From: an uncultured virus (IMG/VR IMGVR_UViG_3300017963_004045)
Taxonomy: Duplodnaviria; Heunggongvirae; Uroviricota; Caudoviricetes
Length of the DNA stretch: 64,000 nucleotides
IMG/VR virus record: IMGVR_UViG_3300017963_004045
Direction: 5' to 3' (one strand)
Position 1 is the stretch's first letter; each line of letters starts with the position of its first letter. The notes beneath the pieces were generated by a model. That model was not told the DNA's origin, searched no databases, and saw only the letters and a list, made by a program, of their open reading frames with translations. Below, piece after piece: positions 18,703 through 29,300 of the stretch. The position numbers and the translations under genes are program-made.

Positions 18703-19148
18703 TGCACCACCGTAATATTCATAGATACGAAGAGGATATATGAGATTATTAGCATGGCGATAACAGAGACCAATACTGAGAGAATCAAGAACTCCTTGCC
18801 CCTGTCCCCATATTTTGCATCAATCCAATAGAAGGGAACGATTCCAATCTCGAAAACAGTAATTCCAATAAGATAATAGTAAAGGTCAATAGCACTGATA
18901 TAGATGGAATCACCATTGAATATTGCTATTATGGGAATTAACATAACACCCGTTAGACCTATGAAATACTCTTTCCACACGGCTCTATAAGTAACCAAGT
19001 CATCCCTGAAATAGACTAATATGGTCACTCCAAGACCAATGCCAAAGAAAGCCATGTAGTATCCTCTTGGGAAACCCATCCACCAGTTGACAAATACTAA
19101 TGGCAGGACTATTACCAAGTATAGAAGATATTTCAGTCTATCTTCCAA
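18699..19148 (-). CDS. Small polytopic membrane protein
   Basis: About 5 hydrophobic segments; weakly like 1262-1783 and 21720-22256. Confidence 0.75.
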   Translation of the reverse strand: MEDRLKYLLYLVIVLPLVFVNWWMGFPRGYYMAFFGIGLGVTILVYFRDDLVTYRAVWKEYFIGLTGVMLIPIIAIFNGDSIYISAIDLYYYLIGITVFEIGIVPFYWIDAKYGDRGKEFLILSVLVSVIAMLIISYILFVSMNITVVH

Positions 19149-20456
19149 CTACACATACCTCCTCAACCAATTGTTCTGGCTGTCATCATATATGACCAGA
19201 CAACCTGCGAACAATGAAAGTATTATTGACAGATAAAGGTTGTAGAGATTATAAACATTCTGGGTCTCAAATTGTTGCGGGATTACTTCCTGCTCTAAGG
19301 TTGAATTAAGGTAAACAAGCCAAACATCAAGAGAGCCATCACGGTTGTAGACTATGTAGCCATTACCATCATCTGCCATGTGTAGTTTGCTATAATAACA
19401 GTCATATTCCAAAGAGGTATTACCATCTACTGTCCAATTCTCCCCAGAAGGAACATGATGTAGGGATATATTGCCAAATGAGAACTCAGTATCTGTGTAT
19501 GTCAGGAACTCACCAGAAATCCAGTCCCCAACAGCATAGTTTGAATGCTCATATACATTGGCGAATTCACCTGTCGTGACATCATATAATTGTATGGTAT
19601 TGTTCCAAGTAGAATCATTAAGATATGTCAGGGAAATATAATCACCAGAGCAATCCCCATACCAGTAGACCTCCATATTTGAGTCAGTGTGGTCAACATA
19701 TTCAACGAGTGTATCGGTATCAAAGTCATAGTAGCAAAACAACACCTCACTCGCACTATCATCCCAGACAAGCCACATTGCTATATCTTCATCTATTCTG
19801 ACACCAAAAGGAACATCATCATCTGCCAACACATCATATTGGGCAAGATGCCAATATGTCCCATCCGTAATATTGTAAATGGTGACATTACAATATGGGT
19901 AGGTGTCCCAATGGGCATACTCAATGAAGATATATCTGTCTCCATGAACCGCAACATTAGGCTCTTCAAAGAATACATCATCGGTTGGATTTGAATAGTT
20001 GACCAGTATGTAGTCATCACTATCTATGTCATAAAGATAAGAATATAATTCAGGGGTTGCACTCCAATCATATTCCATATATGCAATATAATCCTCATAG
20101 ACAGTGAAAAGACCCCAACCAAGTTCTGCCCCAACGGTTGTTATCTGCCTATCCAGAAGATAGGTCACATTCTCATCATAATATCGATACCCAACATAAT
20201 CATCATCCCCGTCATAGTATCCAAAACAGGTCTTATCTTCATAGGCATCAGGAAAGCCATACGCAGTCCCCCCCTCGCTCCATGTCAACCGAATTGGTTC
20301 AGAAAGAGTATAATCTCCATCCAGTATCTCTACCTGTGCTGTCGTGCTTACAGGAATCATCTGTTGCTCAATGTATAGACCTCCAGCAAAGATGTATGCA
20401 ACAACCAGAACAATCGCAACAACCAAGCCCCAAAGAGCAATTCTCTTACTCTCCAT
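19149..20456 (-). CDS. Beta-propeller surface protein, class B (N-TM plus single C-TM)
   Basis: Start MESKRI after GGAGG; ~45-aa blade repeats; IPQQFETQNVY before the C-terminal TM. Confidence 0.8.
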   Translation of the reverse strand: MESKRIALWGLVVAIVLVVAYIFAGGLYIEQQMIPVSTTAQVEILDGDYTLSEPIRLTWSEGGTAYGFPDAYEDKTCFGYYDGDDDYVGYRYYDENVTYLLDRQITTVGAELGWGLFTVYEDYIAYMEYDWSATPELYSYLYDIDSDDYILVNYSNPTDDVFFEEPNVAVHGDRYIFIEYAHWDTYPYCNVTIYNITDGTYWHLAQYDVLADDDVPFGVRIDEDIAMWLVWDDSASEVLFCYYDFDTDTLVEYVDHTDSNMEVYWYGDCSGDYISLTYLNDSTWNNTIQLYDVTTGEFANVYEHSNYAVGDWISGEFLTYTDTEFSFGNISLHHVPSGENWTVDGNTSLEYDCYYSKLHMADDGNGYIVYNRDGSLDVWLVYLNSTLEQEVIPQQFETQNVYNLYNLYLSIILSLFAGCLVIYDDSQNNWLRRYV

Positions 20457-20457
20457 G

Positions 20458-21720
20458 TTATCGAACCTCCGAATAAATCTTTTTATCGTAAACAACCAGT
20501 GCCATTGCGAATATACCTGCAATTATACTGGCATAGAGGAAATTGTAATCATATACGCTGATACTTCCAAACTCTTGAGGGATTGAATCCGCAGTGCTAT
20601 TTATATACACCATCATAACATCGAAATAGACTTCGGACTCCACCGTATGAACCTCATTCCAAACAAGGATATAGTCCTCACCATCATAATACATATCTGG
20701 ACTAAAATGTGGTAGGAAAGAGAACTCATCCCTAACGGAGAATGTCAGATTTGTCTGGCTATCCCAGACCAAGACTCTCCAATATTCTCCAAACTCTGCC
20801 CAAGCGACCAAATCCCCGCTAACAGTTGGAGTAACACTGGTATTATCCTTTCCTGTCTCATCAACAAACCAATCTACACGCATCGTCTCATTATCGTGCA
20901 AATCATGGAACATGATAGAATGATTCTGATAATAACCGCACCTCCAAACAACATGGTCTCCCCATATTGTAGCCTCATTATTGTATGCCACACCACCTAT
21001 AGAAGAAAATATATCTGTAGTTTGATTTTCGGAAATGTCATACACGGTCATGTTATTATAATGAGTAACAAACTCATCGCCCTCGTAAACTATAATATCA
21101 TCATAAATATCCCAGAAATAAGGACGGACATCATCTGATATAGGGACATTGGTTAAACCAGTGCCATCAAGATTACAATAAGTAACATTCCTTCTCGTTC
21201 CCGTATTCCAACTACTAAATGCAATCAAGTCACCGTAAATCTTTGGATAGGAATACCAGTATCCCCATGTAGTATTGTCAATTAATATTGTGCTATTTGT
21301 GGACATATCATGAACGAAAATAGCATCAACATTGCCACCCGTCTTATTATTGAAAACAACGGTTTCCTCATATATCTGAGGGACAGTGTAGGCATCGCTA
21401 TAGTTCCTCAATATAGTCCCGTTTTGCCAAGTTGAAAGTTGACGAAACGAAATCCATGTGTGTGTGAAGTTACTATCCATCCAAACTATATAATCATCCC
21501 ATACCGAAGGATAATTACTTATTACAGTTGGAAAAGTGCCAGTATTGTTCATTACCATTATCGGGTCTGACACGGTGAATTTATCATCATCTACCAAAGT
21601 AACACCCGTTGAAACTGGGTGGAACTGCTCTGATATGTATAGACCATTGAGTGCAATATAGAGAACGAACCCCACACAAACGAGAACCCCTAACCAGAGC
21701 ATCAACCTCTTATTTTCCAT
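20458..21720 (-). CDS. Beta-propeller surface protein, class B
   Basis: PSVWDDYIVW / PKIYGDLIAF blades; IPQEFGSISVY; many N-x-S/T sequons. Confidence 0.85.
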   Translation of the reverse strand: MENKRLMLWLGVLVCVGFVLYIALNGLYISEQFHPVSTGVTLVDDDKFTVSDPIMVMNNTGTFPTVISNYPSVWDDYIVWMDSNFTHTWISFRQLSTWQNGTILRNYSDAYTVPQIYEETVVFNNKTGGNVDAIFVHDMSTNSTILIDNTTWGYWYSYPKIYGDLIAFSSWNTGTRRNVTYCNLDGTGLTNVPISDDVRPYFWDIYDDIIVYEGDEFVTHYNNMTVYDISENQTTDIFSSIGGVAYNNEATIWGDHVVWRCGYYQNHSIMFHDLHDNETMRVDWFVDETGKDNTSVTPTVSGDLVAWAEFGEYWRVLVWDSQTNLTFSVRDEFSFLPHFSPDMYYDGEDYILVWNEVHTVESEVYFDVMMVYINSTADSIPQEFGSISVYDYNFLYASIIAGIFAMALVVYDKKIYSEVR

Positions 21721-22256
21721 CAAAGCACCCCCAGACCTATAGCATCAGCCATATAGATGGAGAAAGAACCAATAGAGAATGCCACGATTATGCCCACAAC
21801 TACATTGAGTCTTTGACTTCTGAACATCTCGTGCTTGTAGAAAGAATTGAAACCTATCCACATGAACTGGTAAAAGATAAATCCATATATAAACCAGACG
21901 ATGTTGTTAAGGGTAGGAATCGGGTCATCCGACAGACCAATCACCCAGAATGTGAAGGCAGTGCTGAACAGACTTAGGATTGCAATAAGAATCTCTCCCC
22001 ATAGATTACTTGCTCTGGTTTCCAATGTATACCATTTCTCAGTGATAATTCCAAAACCTACGAACCCAGTAGTGATGATTAGAGTAACCACCGAGACACC
22101 AAACAAGGCACTAATGAACCCTTCATCCAGTGTAATTTCCTGCATCTTGAAATAGAGCAAAACAAGGAAAGTAACGACTGGCATGAAATAAACTGCACTG
22201 GGCTTGTTGCCCACATCTTTGACAGCCATTATTTCATAGTCGTTACCGTTTGCCAA
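21720..22256 (-). CDS. Small polytopic membrane protein, paralog of 1262-1783
   Basis: About 5 TM; stop overlaps the propeller start. Confidence 0.8.
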   Translation of the reverse strand: MANGNDYEIMAVKDVGNKPSAVYFMPVVTFLVLLYFKMQEITLDEGFISALFGVSVVTLIITTGFVGFGIITEKWYTLETRASNLWGEILIAILSLFSTAFTFWVIGLSDDPIPTLNNIVWFIYGFIFYQFMWIGFNSFYKHEMFRSQRLNVVVGIIVAFSIGSFSIYMADAIGLGVL

Positions 22257-22262
22257 GTGCTA

Positions 22263-23471
22263 TCACCACCAACTCAATATCCAATCACTTGCTATACGAG
22301 TCACGAAGTCCACGAGTGCAATCAAAAAGAATATGATTGCTATGGTGTCCATGTGATTGGTCAGGAACTCATTCTTTACAAGAGCACCTTCCTTCCTTGA
22401 ATCAATGTATAGCCAAGCAAATAGGATGCCAAGAACTGTGAAGAGCAAAGGGAAATACAGGTATTGCGTCTCATCCTCTTCTATGACAATAGGTAGAACC
22501 TCAATGCGAACAGTATCTATGTCCACAGCCCCATCATTATCCTCAACTCTCAGACTTGCGATGTAGATTCCCTCATCATAGAATTCATATGTGAATTCTT
22601 CTCTGTAGAAAGTATCACCATCAATATCCCAAGTATAGTTGACGATATAACCATCTTCATCGATTCCCTCGCCATAGAACTCAACCTCCTGCCCGACATA
22701 TGCAGATACCTTATCCGCTTCTGCGAAGGCATATGGCTGAAGGTTTACAACACCACTGAAATTGACGAAAAAACCGTCTGTGATTACATCAAATCCATTG
22801 GATACAGCATCGAACACTACCTCATATTTACCAGATTGAATCTGATATATTGTCCATGTAACAGATTCTTCACTACCATTTGTAGGGGGGAATGTGACAT
22901 CTTTCTGAATCATGTTGTATGTTGAGCCATCTGGTCTCTGAATTATTGGAGTAATATGACAAGTCGTATCTGAATATCCATTACCTACCAGAGTATATGT
23001 CAGAGTAACAGGCTCATTTTGTTCGACAATAACGGGTGTTACTTCGGCATGTGCTGATAGAGTCCAGTATACCCTGAAACTACCGACCTCATCGTATGTT
23101 GGGGAGTTGTAGGAATTATTGTAATATACCGTGTAATTGCCAATCATGGGGGGTGTGTAAGACCAGTTAATCAATATTGTCTCTGCCTGATTGTTCTGAA
23201 CCGTAGCCCAATTCTTAGTGGTTAGGTCAACCTTTGTGCCATTCGGCAATACGACATCTACATAGACCTGACCATTCCTGTTAGGCTCTGTAGATGTATC
23301 ACTGAACTCATATTGCAAAGTCACAGGCTCATCAATTATCCAGTCACAAGAACTTGTCTCTTGATGGTCTGAGAAGTATGTTGCACTGGCAAGAGTGCTA
23401 AACAACACAGTCATAGACACGAAGGCACAAATCAATACAATAGTTTTCTTTATCATGTTGTATTCCTCCAA
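22263..23471 (-). CDS. PKD/Ig-domain surface protein with C-terminal TM anchor
   Basis: Signal peptide; VGQEVEFYG.G.DEDG.IV.YTWD...Y.F..EG.Y...LRVEDNDG PKD signature; 2 C-terminal TMs. Confidence 0.85.
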   Translation of the reverse strand: MEEYNMIKKTIVLICAFVSMTVLFSTLASATYFSDHQETSSCDWIIDEPVTLQYEFSDTSTEPNRNGQVYVDVVLPNGTKVDLTTKNWATVQNNQAETILINWSYTPPMIGNYTVYYNNSYNSPTYDEVGSFRVYWTLSAHAEVTPVIVEQNEPVTLTYTLVGNGYSDTTCHITPIIQRPDGSTYNMIQKDVTFPPTNGSEESVTWTIYQIQSGKYEVVFDAVSNGFDVITDGFFVNFSGVVNLQPYAFAEADKVSAYVGQEVEFYGEGIDEDGYIVNYTWDIDGDTFYREEFTYEFYDEGIYIASLRVEDNDGAVDIDTVRIEVLPIVIEEDETQYLYFPLLFTVLGILFAWLYIDSRKEGALVKNEFLTNHMDTIAIIFFLIALVDFVTRIASDWILSWW

Positions 23472-23477
23472 TGAATC

Positions 23478-24149
23478 TCATATCCCAAACAACTCACCCC
23501 GTATTCCGTAATCTTCAACTTTCTCAAGGAAGCCTCTCCTCTCAACCCTATGCAAAGAATCCCATTCTTCCATAAGGATTTCTCTCCAATGTTCTCGTGC
23601 CAACTGAGACTGTAATGCCTCAAATCGCCCACAGAAGCACTTCTGCGGAGCGAACTTCGGGAACTTCCTAAGTTTGTTTATGTAGAACCTGACTTTCTTA
23701 GCCCAAACCTCCCTGCATTCAGTATCATCAGGTGAGCACTCTCTGAGCCTTGAACGAGACTTATCAAGCCTGTTATTGAGGCGAGTAACGGTCATGGGTC
23801 TCCTCATATTGCATCTGTGAAGGTAACTCTTCCCAGTTTCAGGGTCAGAACTTCTAACTTCAGTCACTAACCATTGGGTATACGGGACACCCTCCGAATC
23901 AAGATAATCCAAACCCGCATCCTCTATATAGATGGTTGCCTCACTGGGGGATACTGCTGGAACACATATCTGGACACCAACTCTATAAGGCAATTGAGTG
24001 GCTACATTGATATAACCAATATCCTCCAAATCCTCTTCGACTTCCTCCCACTCAATATCATCTATATCTGGGGGCGGGGGGAACTCGAAGTCCTCATGCT
24101 CTTCGCCTTTGAGCCAGTCCATCTCCTTTTCTTTCGTCTCCGTCATCAT
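23478..24149 (-). CDS. Hypothetical protein
   Basis: GGAGTGA SD; acidic N-terminus and basic Cys-containing C-terminus. Confidence 0.7.
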   Translation of the reverse strand: MMTETKEKEMDWLKGEEHEDFEFPPPPDIDDIEWEEVEEDLEDIGYINVATQLPYRVGVQICVPAVSPSEATIYIEDAGLDYLDSEGVPYTQWLVTEVRSSDPETGKSYLHRCNMRRPMTVTRLNNRLDKSRSRLRECSPDDTECREVWAKKVRFYINKLRKFPKFAPQKCFCGRFEALQSQLAREHWREILMEEWDSLHRVERRGFLEKVEDYGIRGELFGI

Positions 24150-24156
24150 TCACTCC

Positions 24157-25410
24157 TTATTTCCAGAAAGCATAGTAACCACCGCCACCTTCGGGGTCTA
24201 CAAGGTATGCAATACTGAAAGCCAATAGAGTCAAACCGATTATGATTGTCAGGAATATCCAGTTGGTGTTATAAACTGTTTCGGACTCGAACTCCTGATA
24301 TATGTCTGCACCAGTCGGCTGATATGTCTGAACCCAAAGGTCATCACTGAATGTATCCATCGTTCTACCATAATAGGCTATAACCCCGTCATGTATACTT
24401 CCCCCATCATAGGCGACAGTATCGTTTGTCAAATGAAAATCATACTCACCGAACAATTCGGAAAAAGATAGGTCTAACATAGCCATCTGAGTATCTATCC
24501 CTATCCCCTCCGACTCATCCACATAGATAATCAAATCCTCATAAATATCTGGATAACGAGCCATAAAGTTAGAATTCCATTCATCATCAGTGATTATGGT
24601 ATAATACCTACCCTCATTCAAGTCATAATATTCAAGAGTCCACACCCCCTCCCTGAATGTATGATAGACTATCTTATCATCCCAAATCTGTGGCATTCGA
24701 CAGTCTACACCCCAGACAAGTTGCGTCTCCTCATCAGCGTCAATATCATACATCCAGAGTTCATAGACACCACCTGCTGAATAATTATAGACCTCATAGA
24801 CAATGATATTATCATAAATCTGCGGATACTGACCGTATTCAAACAATATACAATCATGGAACTTAGTAGAGGAATTAGCAGAAATATCGAAATACCAAAG
24901 GTCATCATTAGGATCCTGATATGCGATGATGTCGCCCCAGATTGAAGGAAAGCCATAGTCATCCCTTGTTCCAAACCAATGAACAGGCTTATCGACTCCA
25001 TCATCTAAGTCCATATAATGAACATCATAAACAGAGTTCCTATCATCATACCATGTGACATAATTTTGGTATATGTCTCCAACCAATTCATCGACACCAG
25101 ATTTGTTTGCAATTGAAGTATACGAATTATCAGTCATATTATAAACCCAAACCTCTCTATCGAATGGAATTACAAATCGTTGTTTCTCATTGTAAAGAAC
25201 GAGGCTATCCCAGATTATAGGTCTTGATTGGTCATTGTTAACATTTGTAGCATTTATTCTAATAGGCTCTCCGAACTCCCAAAGACCATCTTCACTGAGG
25301 TAATCATTTGTCGTCAGTATTTCCTGAGTGAACGGGTTAGACAGCATTATAAGAATCAATAATGCGACTAAGAGAATTGCACCATACATGTATATTTTTT
25401 TCCTTTCCAT
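24157..25410 (-). CDS. Beta-propeller surface protein, class B (TIGR04275-like blades)
   Basis: Start MERKKI; VTWYDDRNSVYDVHYMDL, PSIWGDIIAY; IYQEFESETVY before the TM. Confidence 0.85.
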   Translation of the reverse strand: MERKKIYMYGAILLVALLILIMLSNPFTQEILTTNDYLSEDGLWEFGEPIRINATNVNNDQSRPIIWDSLVLYNEKQRFVIPFDREVWVYNMTDNSYTSIANKSGVDELVGDIYQNYVTWYDDRNSVYDVHYMDLDDGVDKPVHWFGTRDDYGFPSIWGDIIAYQDPNDDLWYFDISANSSTKFHDCILFEYGQYPQIYDNIIVYEVYNYSAGGVYELWMYDIDADEETQLVWGVDCRMPQIWDDKIVYHTFREGVWTLEYYDLNEGRYYTIITDDEWNSNFMARYPDIYEDLIIYVDESEGIGIDTQMAMLDLSFSELFGEYDFHLTNDTVAYDGGSIHDGVIAYYGRTMDTFSDDLWVQTYQPTGADIYQEFESETVYNTNWIFLTIIIGLTLLAFSIAYLVDPEGGGGYYAFWK

Positions 25411-26818
25411 TATATCACCCACCAGTATAATAGAATTGCACCTATTATCACGGCACTGATAATGATTCCAATCCAACTGCCCATCTTCTTGATATGCTCA
25501 AACTTGTAGAAATAATATTCTGCAACGAGCAGTCCACCAACAATGAATATGATAGCCACGATATAGACCCAATAATCCTCAATAAATTGCTCCGCAGGAC
25601 TCGGCTCAACAACATCTCCATCGTCAATAACTCCAGTGGTTGATAAGGTCAACATGTATACATCTTTGTCGCCCTGCCCTGTGGGGCTATCTCCTGCCGT
25701 GAACACCAGAGTATCATTGTAGACATCGGAATATCCAATTTGCTGGAAGTCCCAACCAATATCATGGAAATCATCATGAGCGAGATTATATACGAGAAGT
25801 TCAGACTCTCTCTCATGTTCAGTCGTTTCAATGATACGCTTCATCGTCACATAATCTCCAAAGGCACTCTGAACAGTGTATATCTTTCCATCAGTAACGG
25901 GGTCACTCTGCCAAACCAAGTTCGTAACCCCAGTATCAACAGAATAAGTGTATAGTGACATCCCATACGAACCAGAAGTGCCATTACGCTTCGTATACAC
26001 AACGGTATTCTCGTCAGCAAAGTATCCGAAACTAATTTGTTCTTCGCTTGGGGCACTATCTATGCTTTTAACTGTATCAGTCTGATGATTATAATGATAG
26101 AGAACATAGGAATCTCCCTGATTAATATGAAGAAGTAGTTGGTAGCCATGTATGTCAGCGATATAGGAATTGGAATAATCGAACTCCTCAATTTCTCTAA
26201 GGTCTGTCTCCAGTCCATTATCTAAATTATATAATACTAATCTGCTTGTCGTTCTCCATCCAGCATATATGTTGCCAACACCCATAACTAAAACATATGC
26301 ATGTTCATCATCATCAATTACGGTAGAGGAATAATCAGTAAAATTATATATCAGAGGCTCTTGGTATTCTTGTTCATCTTCCTCTTGGAATATAAGGTAA
26401 TTGCCAGATATGTGTGGGTATCTCTGTGTGACACTACCGAGCCGAATACCGAACTCACCCTCAGACGAGATATTGTATCCATAGATGTCCCAATTATTAT
26501 TCCTGTAATCATCCCAGATTACTCTATCGCCCCAAATAGATATGGTGGTTTGCTCCCTTACAGCGTTGCATATGCATACAGGCTCGGAAGCGGATAAAGT
26601 AACACCCGTTGGAACAATCTCCTGCCTTGTCATGGGGTCTAAGACTATGACCCCCAGTAGCAACACGGCTAATAGCACGATTACGAACCTGTAAGTTGTC
26701 GATGAACCGTTCATTACATCACCCACCAGTATAATAGAATTGCACCTATTATCACGGCACTGACAATGATTCCAATCCAACTGCCCATCTTCTTGATATG
26801 CTCAAACTTGTAGAAATA
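25408..26818. repeat. 107-bp direct repeat (25408-25514 and 26712-26818), 2 mismatches
   Basis: Encodes the shared C-terminal anchor FYKFEHIKKMGSWIGII.SAVIIGAILLYWWV, the stop codon and the next start. Confidence 0.95.
25410..26714 (-). CDS. Beta-propeller surface protein, class A (N-TM plus two C-TM)
   Basis: Start MNGSST; IWGDRVIWDDYRNNNWDIYGYNI TIGR04275-like blade. Confidence 0.85.
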   Translation of the reverse strand: MNGSSTTYRFVIVLLAVLLLGVIVLDPMTRQEIVPTGVTLSASEPVCICNAVREQTTISIWGDRVIWDDYRNNNWDIYGYNISSEGEFGIRLGSVTQRYPHISGNYLIFQEEDEQEYQEPLIYNFTDYSSTVIDDDEHAYVLVMGVGNIYAGWRTTSRLVLYNLDNGLETDLREIEEFDYSNSYIADIHGYQLLLHINQGDSYVLYHYNHQTDTVKSIDSAPSEEQISFGYFADENTVVYTKRNGTSGSYGMSLYTYSVDTGVTNLVWQSDPVTDGKIYTVQSAFGDYVTMKRIIETTEHERESELLVYNLAHDDFHDIGWDFQQIGYSDVYNDTLVFTAGDSPTGQGDKDVYMLTLSTTGVIDDGDVVEPSPAEQFIEDYWVYIVAIIFIVGGLLVAEYYFYKFEHIKKMGSWIGIIISAVIIGAILLYWWVI

Positions 26819-28006
26819 CCACTCTGCGATTACGAGAACGGTAATGAGAGCGACAACCCCTGCAATTGTAATCCAGTTATTTGAAATGAACTCCTCAACC
26901 CCTTCCTGCGGTTCTAAATCCTCACCGTCAGGAACACCATCAGTCTCCTCTTCTTCTCCAAATAGGTAGACACGATAAATATCGGTATCTCCTTCATCGC
27001 TTATCCCAGTGAAGTAAGCGTAGTTTCCTTCAATAGTGACTCCAGAACCACCATATTCTCGCTCACCAGAGAGCATCATAGTGACATTTTCCTCGTCAAG
27101 ATTATATGACATCAAAGAAGCCTCTAAAGAAGTATAATTATGCCACACAACCCATTCAGAACTAATGTCAAGAACCCCATAACTACTGGGTCTAACACCA
27201 ACTATAGAGATTGTTTTCTCAATGCCACCCGCCTCAATAACATGAATATCTTTTACGGTCTGGTCTATATCAAAGAAGGCAAGATGACCATATTGATTAT
27301 CGAGAGCCATCACATGACCATAATTGGGAGTGTATACATCCTCTATGAAATAAGGTTTATCAGACATGGAAAGCGTGAGAACCCCTTCTCTACCGCCCTG
27401 ATAGGTGTTTGACAATTCGCCATAGCAAGTAAAGACCGAGTTACGATACTCGAATCTGTCAATGTCGTTCATATAACTGCTTCTAAACAATTCAGTGTCA
27501 ACATCAGTAAATGGATTGTATTTATGAATATAATCCTGAAATGAGTAATACACATAGTATTCCCAGACATCATAATCATGGAAATTAACACATAATGGAA
27601 TCTTATAAGACCATGATGTATGATTATTAATGAAATAACCTTCAAGATATATATCTGTGTCAATATTCTTCCTCCAGATAACATGTGTTGAATATATCTT
27701 AGGTCTGTATTCTGGGTATATCGTATTAGCAATGACGAATTCCTCTCCAGATGTCAAGTTATACCCATAGATGTCCCAATTGCCGTTCCTGTAATCCTGC
27801 CAGACAAGATAGTTTCCATCTGAAACCAAACTCATCTGGTCTCTATCGGCATCAATCAGCAATTCGGCATCATAGATAGTCTCGGATGTTGACTGAAGGC
27901 TGTGGATTTCCTGTTGTGCAAACGGATTTGTAACCAACAGACCTACGAATATCACTCCCAAGAATACGATTATGAATTTGTATGTCTGACCCCTGTTATC
28001 GCTCAT
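26714..28006 (-). CDS. Beta-propeller surface protein, class A
   Basis: LVWQDYRNGNWDIYGYNLTSGEEFVI. Confidence 0.9.
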   Translation of the reverse strand: MSDNRGQTYKFIIVFLGVIFVGLLVTNPFAQQEIHSLQSTSETIYDAELLIDADRDQMSLVSDGNYLVWQDYRNGNWDIYGYNLTSGEEFVIANTIYPEYRPKIYSTHVIWRKNIDTDIYLEGYFINNHTSWSYKIPLCVNFHDYDVWEYYVYYSFQDYIHKYNPFTDVDTELFRSSYMNDIDRFEYRNSVFTCYGELSNTYQGGREGVLTLSMSDKPYFIEDVYTPNYGHVMALDNQYGHLAFFDIDQTVKDIHVIEAGGIEKTISIVGVRPSSYGVLDISSEWVVWHNYTSLEASLMSYNLDEENVTMMLSGEREYGGSGVTIEGNYAYFTGISDEGDTDIYRVYLFGEEEETDGVPDGEDLEPQEGVEEFISNNWITIAGVVALITVLVIAEWYFYKFEHIKKMGSWIGIIVSAVIIGAILLYWWVM

Positions 28007-29280
28007 CCTACCAACCCCCAGTATATCAAAATGATTGCAATTACAATCGCACTGACAATGAGACCTATATTGAATCGCTCATTAATCTTCTTAGTGTGTT
28101 CCCAATTATAGAAATACCCCTCTACAAAGAGAAGAACAGCCATAACCAGTATGATAGTAGCAATGTAAATCCAGTTCTCACTTAGAAACTCAGATACCGC
28201 ACCATCTTCCCCGTCTGGTGGTGTCGGGCTTGTAGTGTAAGTGTATGGAACATAGTAAAGGTCGAGTTCGGCAGAATCGCTCTCATGCCTTGCATACGAG
28301 ATGATTCCATCATATAAATCGAAAGTATGAACTCTGTAATCATCGACCACCGAATATATGTTATCCGTATCGATGTCATAAACCTTAAGTGCTTGATTGG
28401 TAGCCAATTCCCTAAACAAAGCCAAATTGCCCCACAAACAGACACCAGAATCGTAATAGAAGTATGGGTTGTCATCGAAGAGTATCGAGGTCTGAGCAGT
28501 AGATATTTCATATATCTCTAAACTGGCATTAGTTGTATCAGGATTCCTTGTTACATAAAGAACACAGTCCTCGTATATGTCACACGAATGGTATGAATCG
28601 GTTGGTGGAGACTCTATGTCTATTATTGTGTCCTCGTCAATGTCATATAGATAATAGGTAGCATCATCCCTGTTGGCAATGACCACATAATCCTCCCATA
28701 TATGCCACTCTTGAGGAGAGTCTATGATTGAAGGCTTAATCTGGAAACTCGTATTAGCCAAAATATCATGGCAGATAAGACCACTGGAATTTTCGTAGAT
28801 TAAAATATTATCATACAATTTCGGATTATTAACTTGGGAATCATAATCATCATGCCAAATTATGTATGTGGTAAGATTATTCAGGAACTTAACCTTAACA
28901 AAGTTTCTGTCAGGTGTAGAATCAGAATATCTCCAGACAACAGTATTGTTCTGTATGAATGGTTCATTCTCATAATCATTTGCGTTGGAAATCATAAGAT
29001 TATTGTCAGTCGAAATATTGTATCCTCTTATGTCATAATGGGTATCAGAGGCTGAAGAGCGATACACTATGATGTCGCCCCAAATGGATGGCTCTCTCTG
29101 TTGCCTCAATCCATCATCGATTAGGACTTCATCCCCCAGATTGAAATTCAGGGTAGCCCCAGTTTGTGCATTCATTCTCTGCTCTTCAATGATAGGATTG
29201 ACTATAATAATAGCCAATAGGAATACAGCCAATGCTATGATTATTACCCTCATTCCTGCTCTCGTGTCTCCATCCGTCAT
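28003..29280 (-). CDS. Beta-propeller surface protein, class A
   Basis: QREPSIWGDIIVY...DIRGYNI; two C-terminal TMs. Confidence 0.85.
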   Translation of the reverse strand: MTDGDTRAGMRVIIIALAVFLLAIIIVNPIIEEQRMNAQTGATLNFNLGDEVLIDDGLRQQREPSIWGDIIVYRSSASDTHYDIRGYNISTDNNLMISNANDYENEPFIQNNTVVWRYSDSTPDRNFVKVKFLNNLTTYIIWHDDYDSQVNNPKLYDNILIYENSSGLICHDILANTSFQIKPSIIDSPQEWHIWEDYVVIANRDDATYYLYDIDEDTIIDIESPPTDSYHSCDIYEDCVLYVTRNPDTTNASLEIYEISTAQTSILFDDNPYFYYDSGVCLWGNLALFRELATNQALKVYDIDTDNIYSVVDDYRVHTFDLYDGIISYARHESDSAELDLYYVPYTYTTSPTPPDGEDGAVSEFLSENWIYIATIILVMAVLLFVEGYFYNWEHTKKINERFNIGLIVSAIVIAIILIYWGLVG

Positions 29281-29300
29281 GGTATCGACCTCGTTTTTTT

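Noticed and set aside
25408..26818. Diversity-generating retroelement TR/VR pair
   Set aside because: Both differences are A-to-G on the coding strand, but two changes are too few; both copies encode TM anchors and no reverse transcriptase is present
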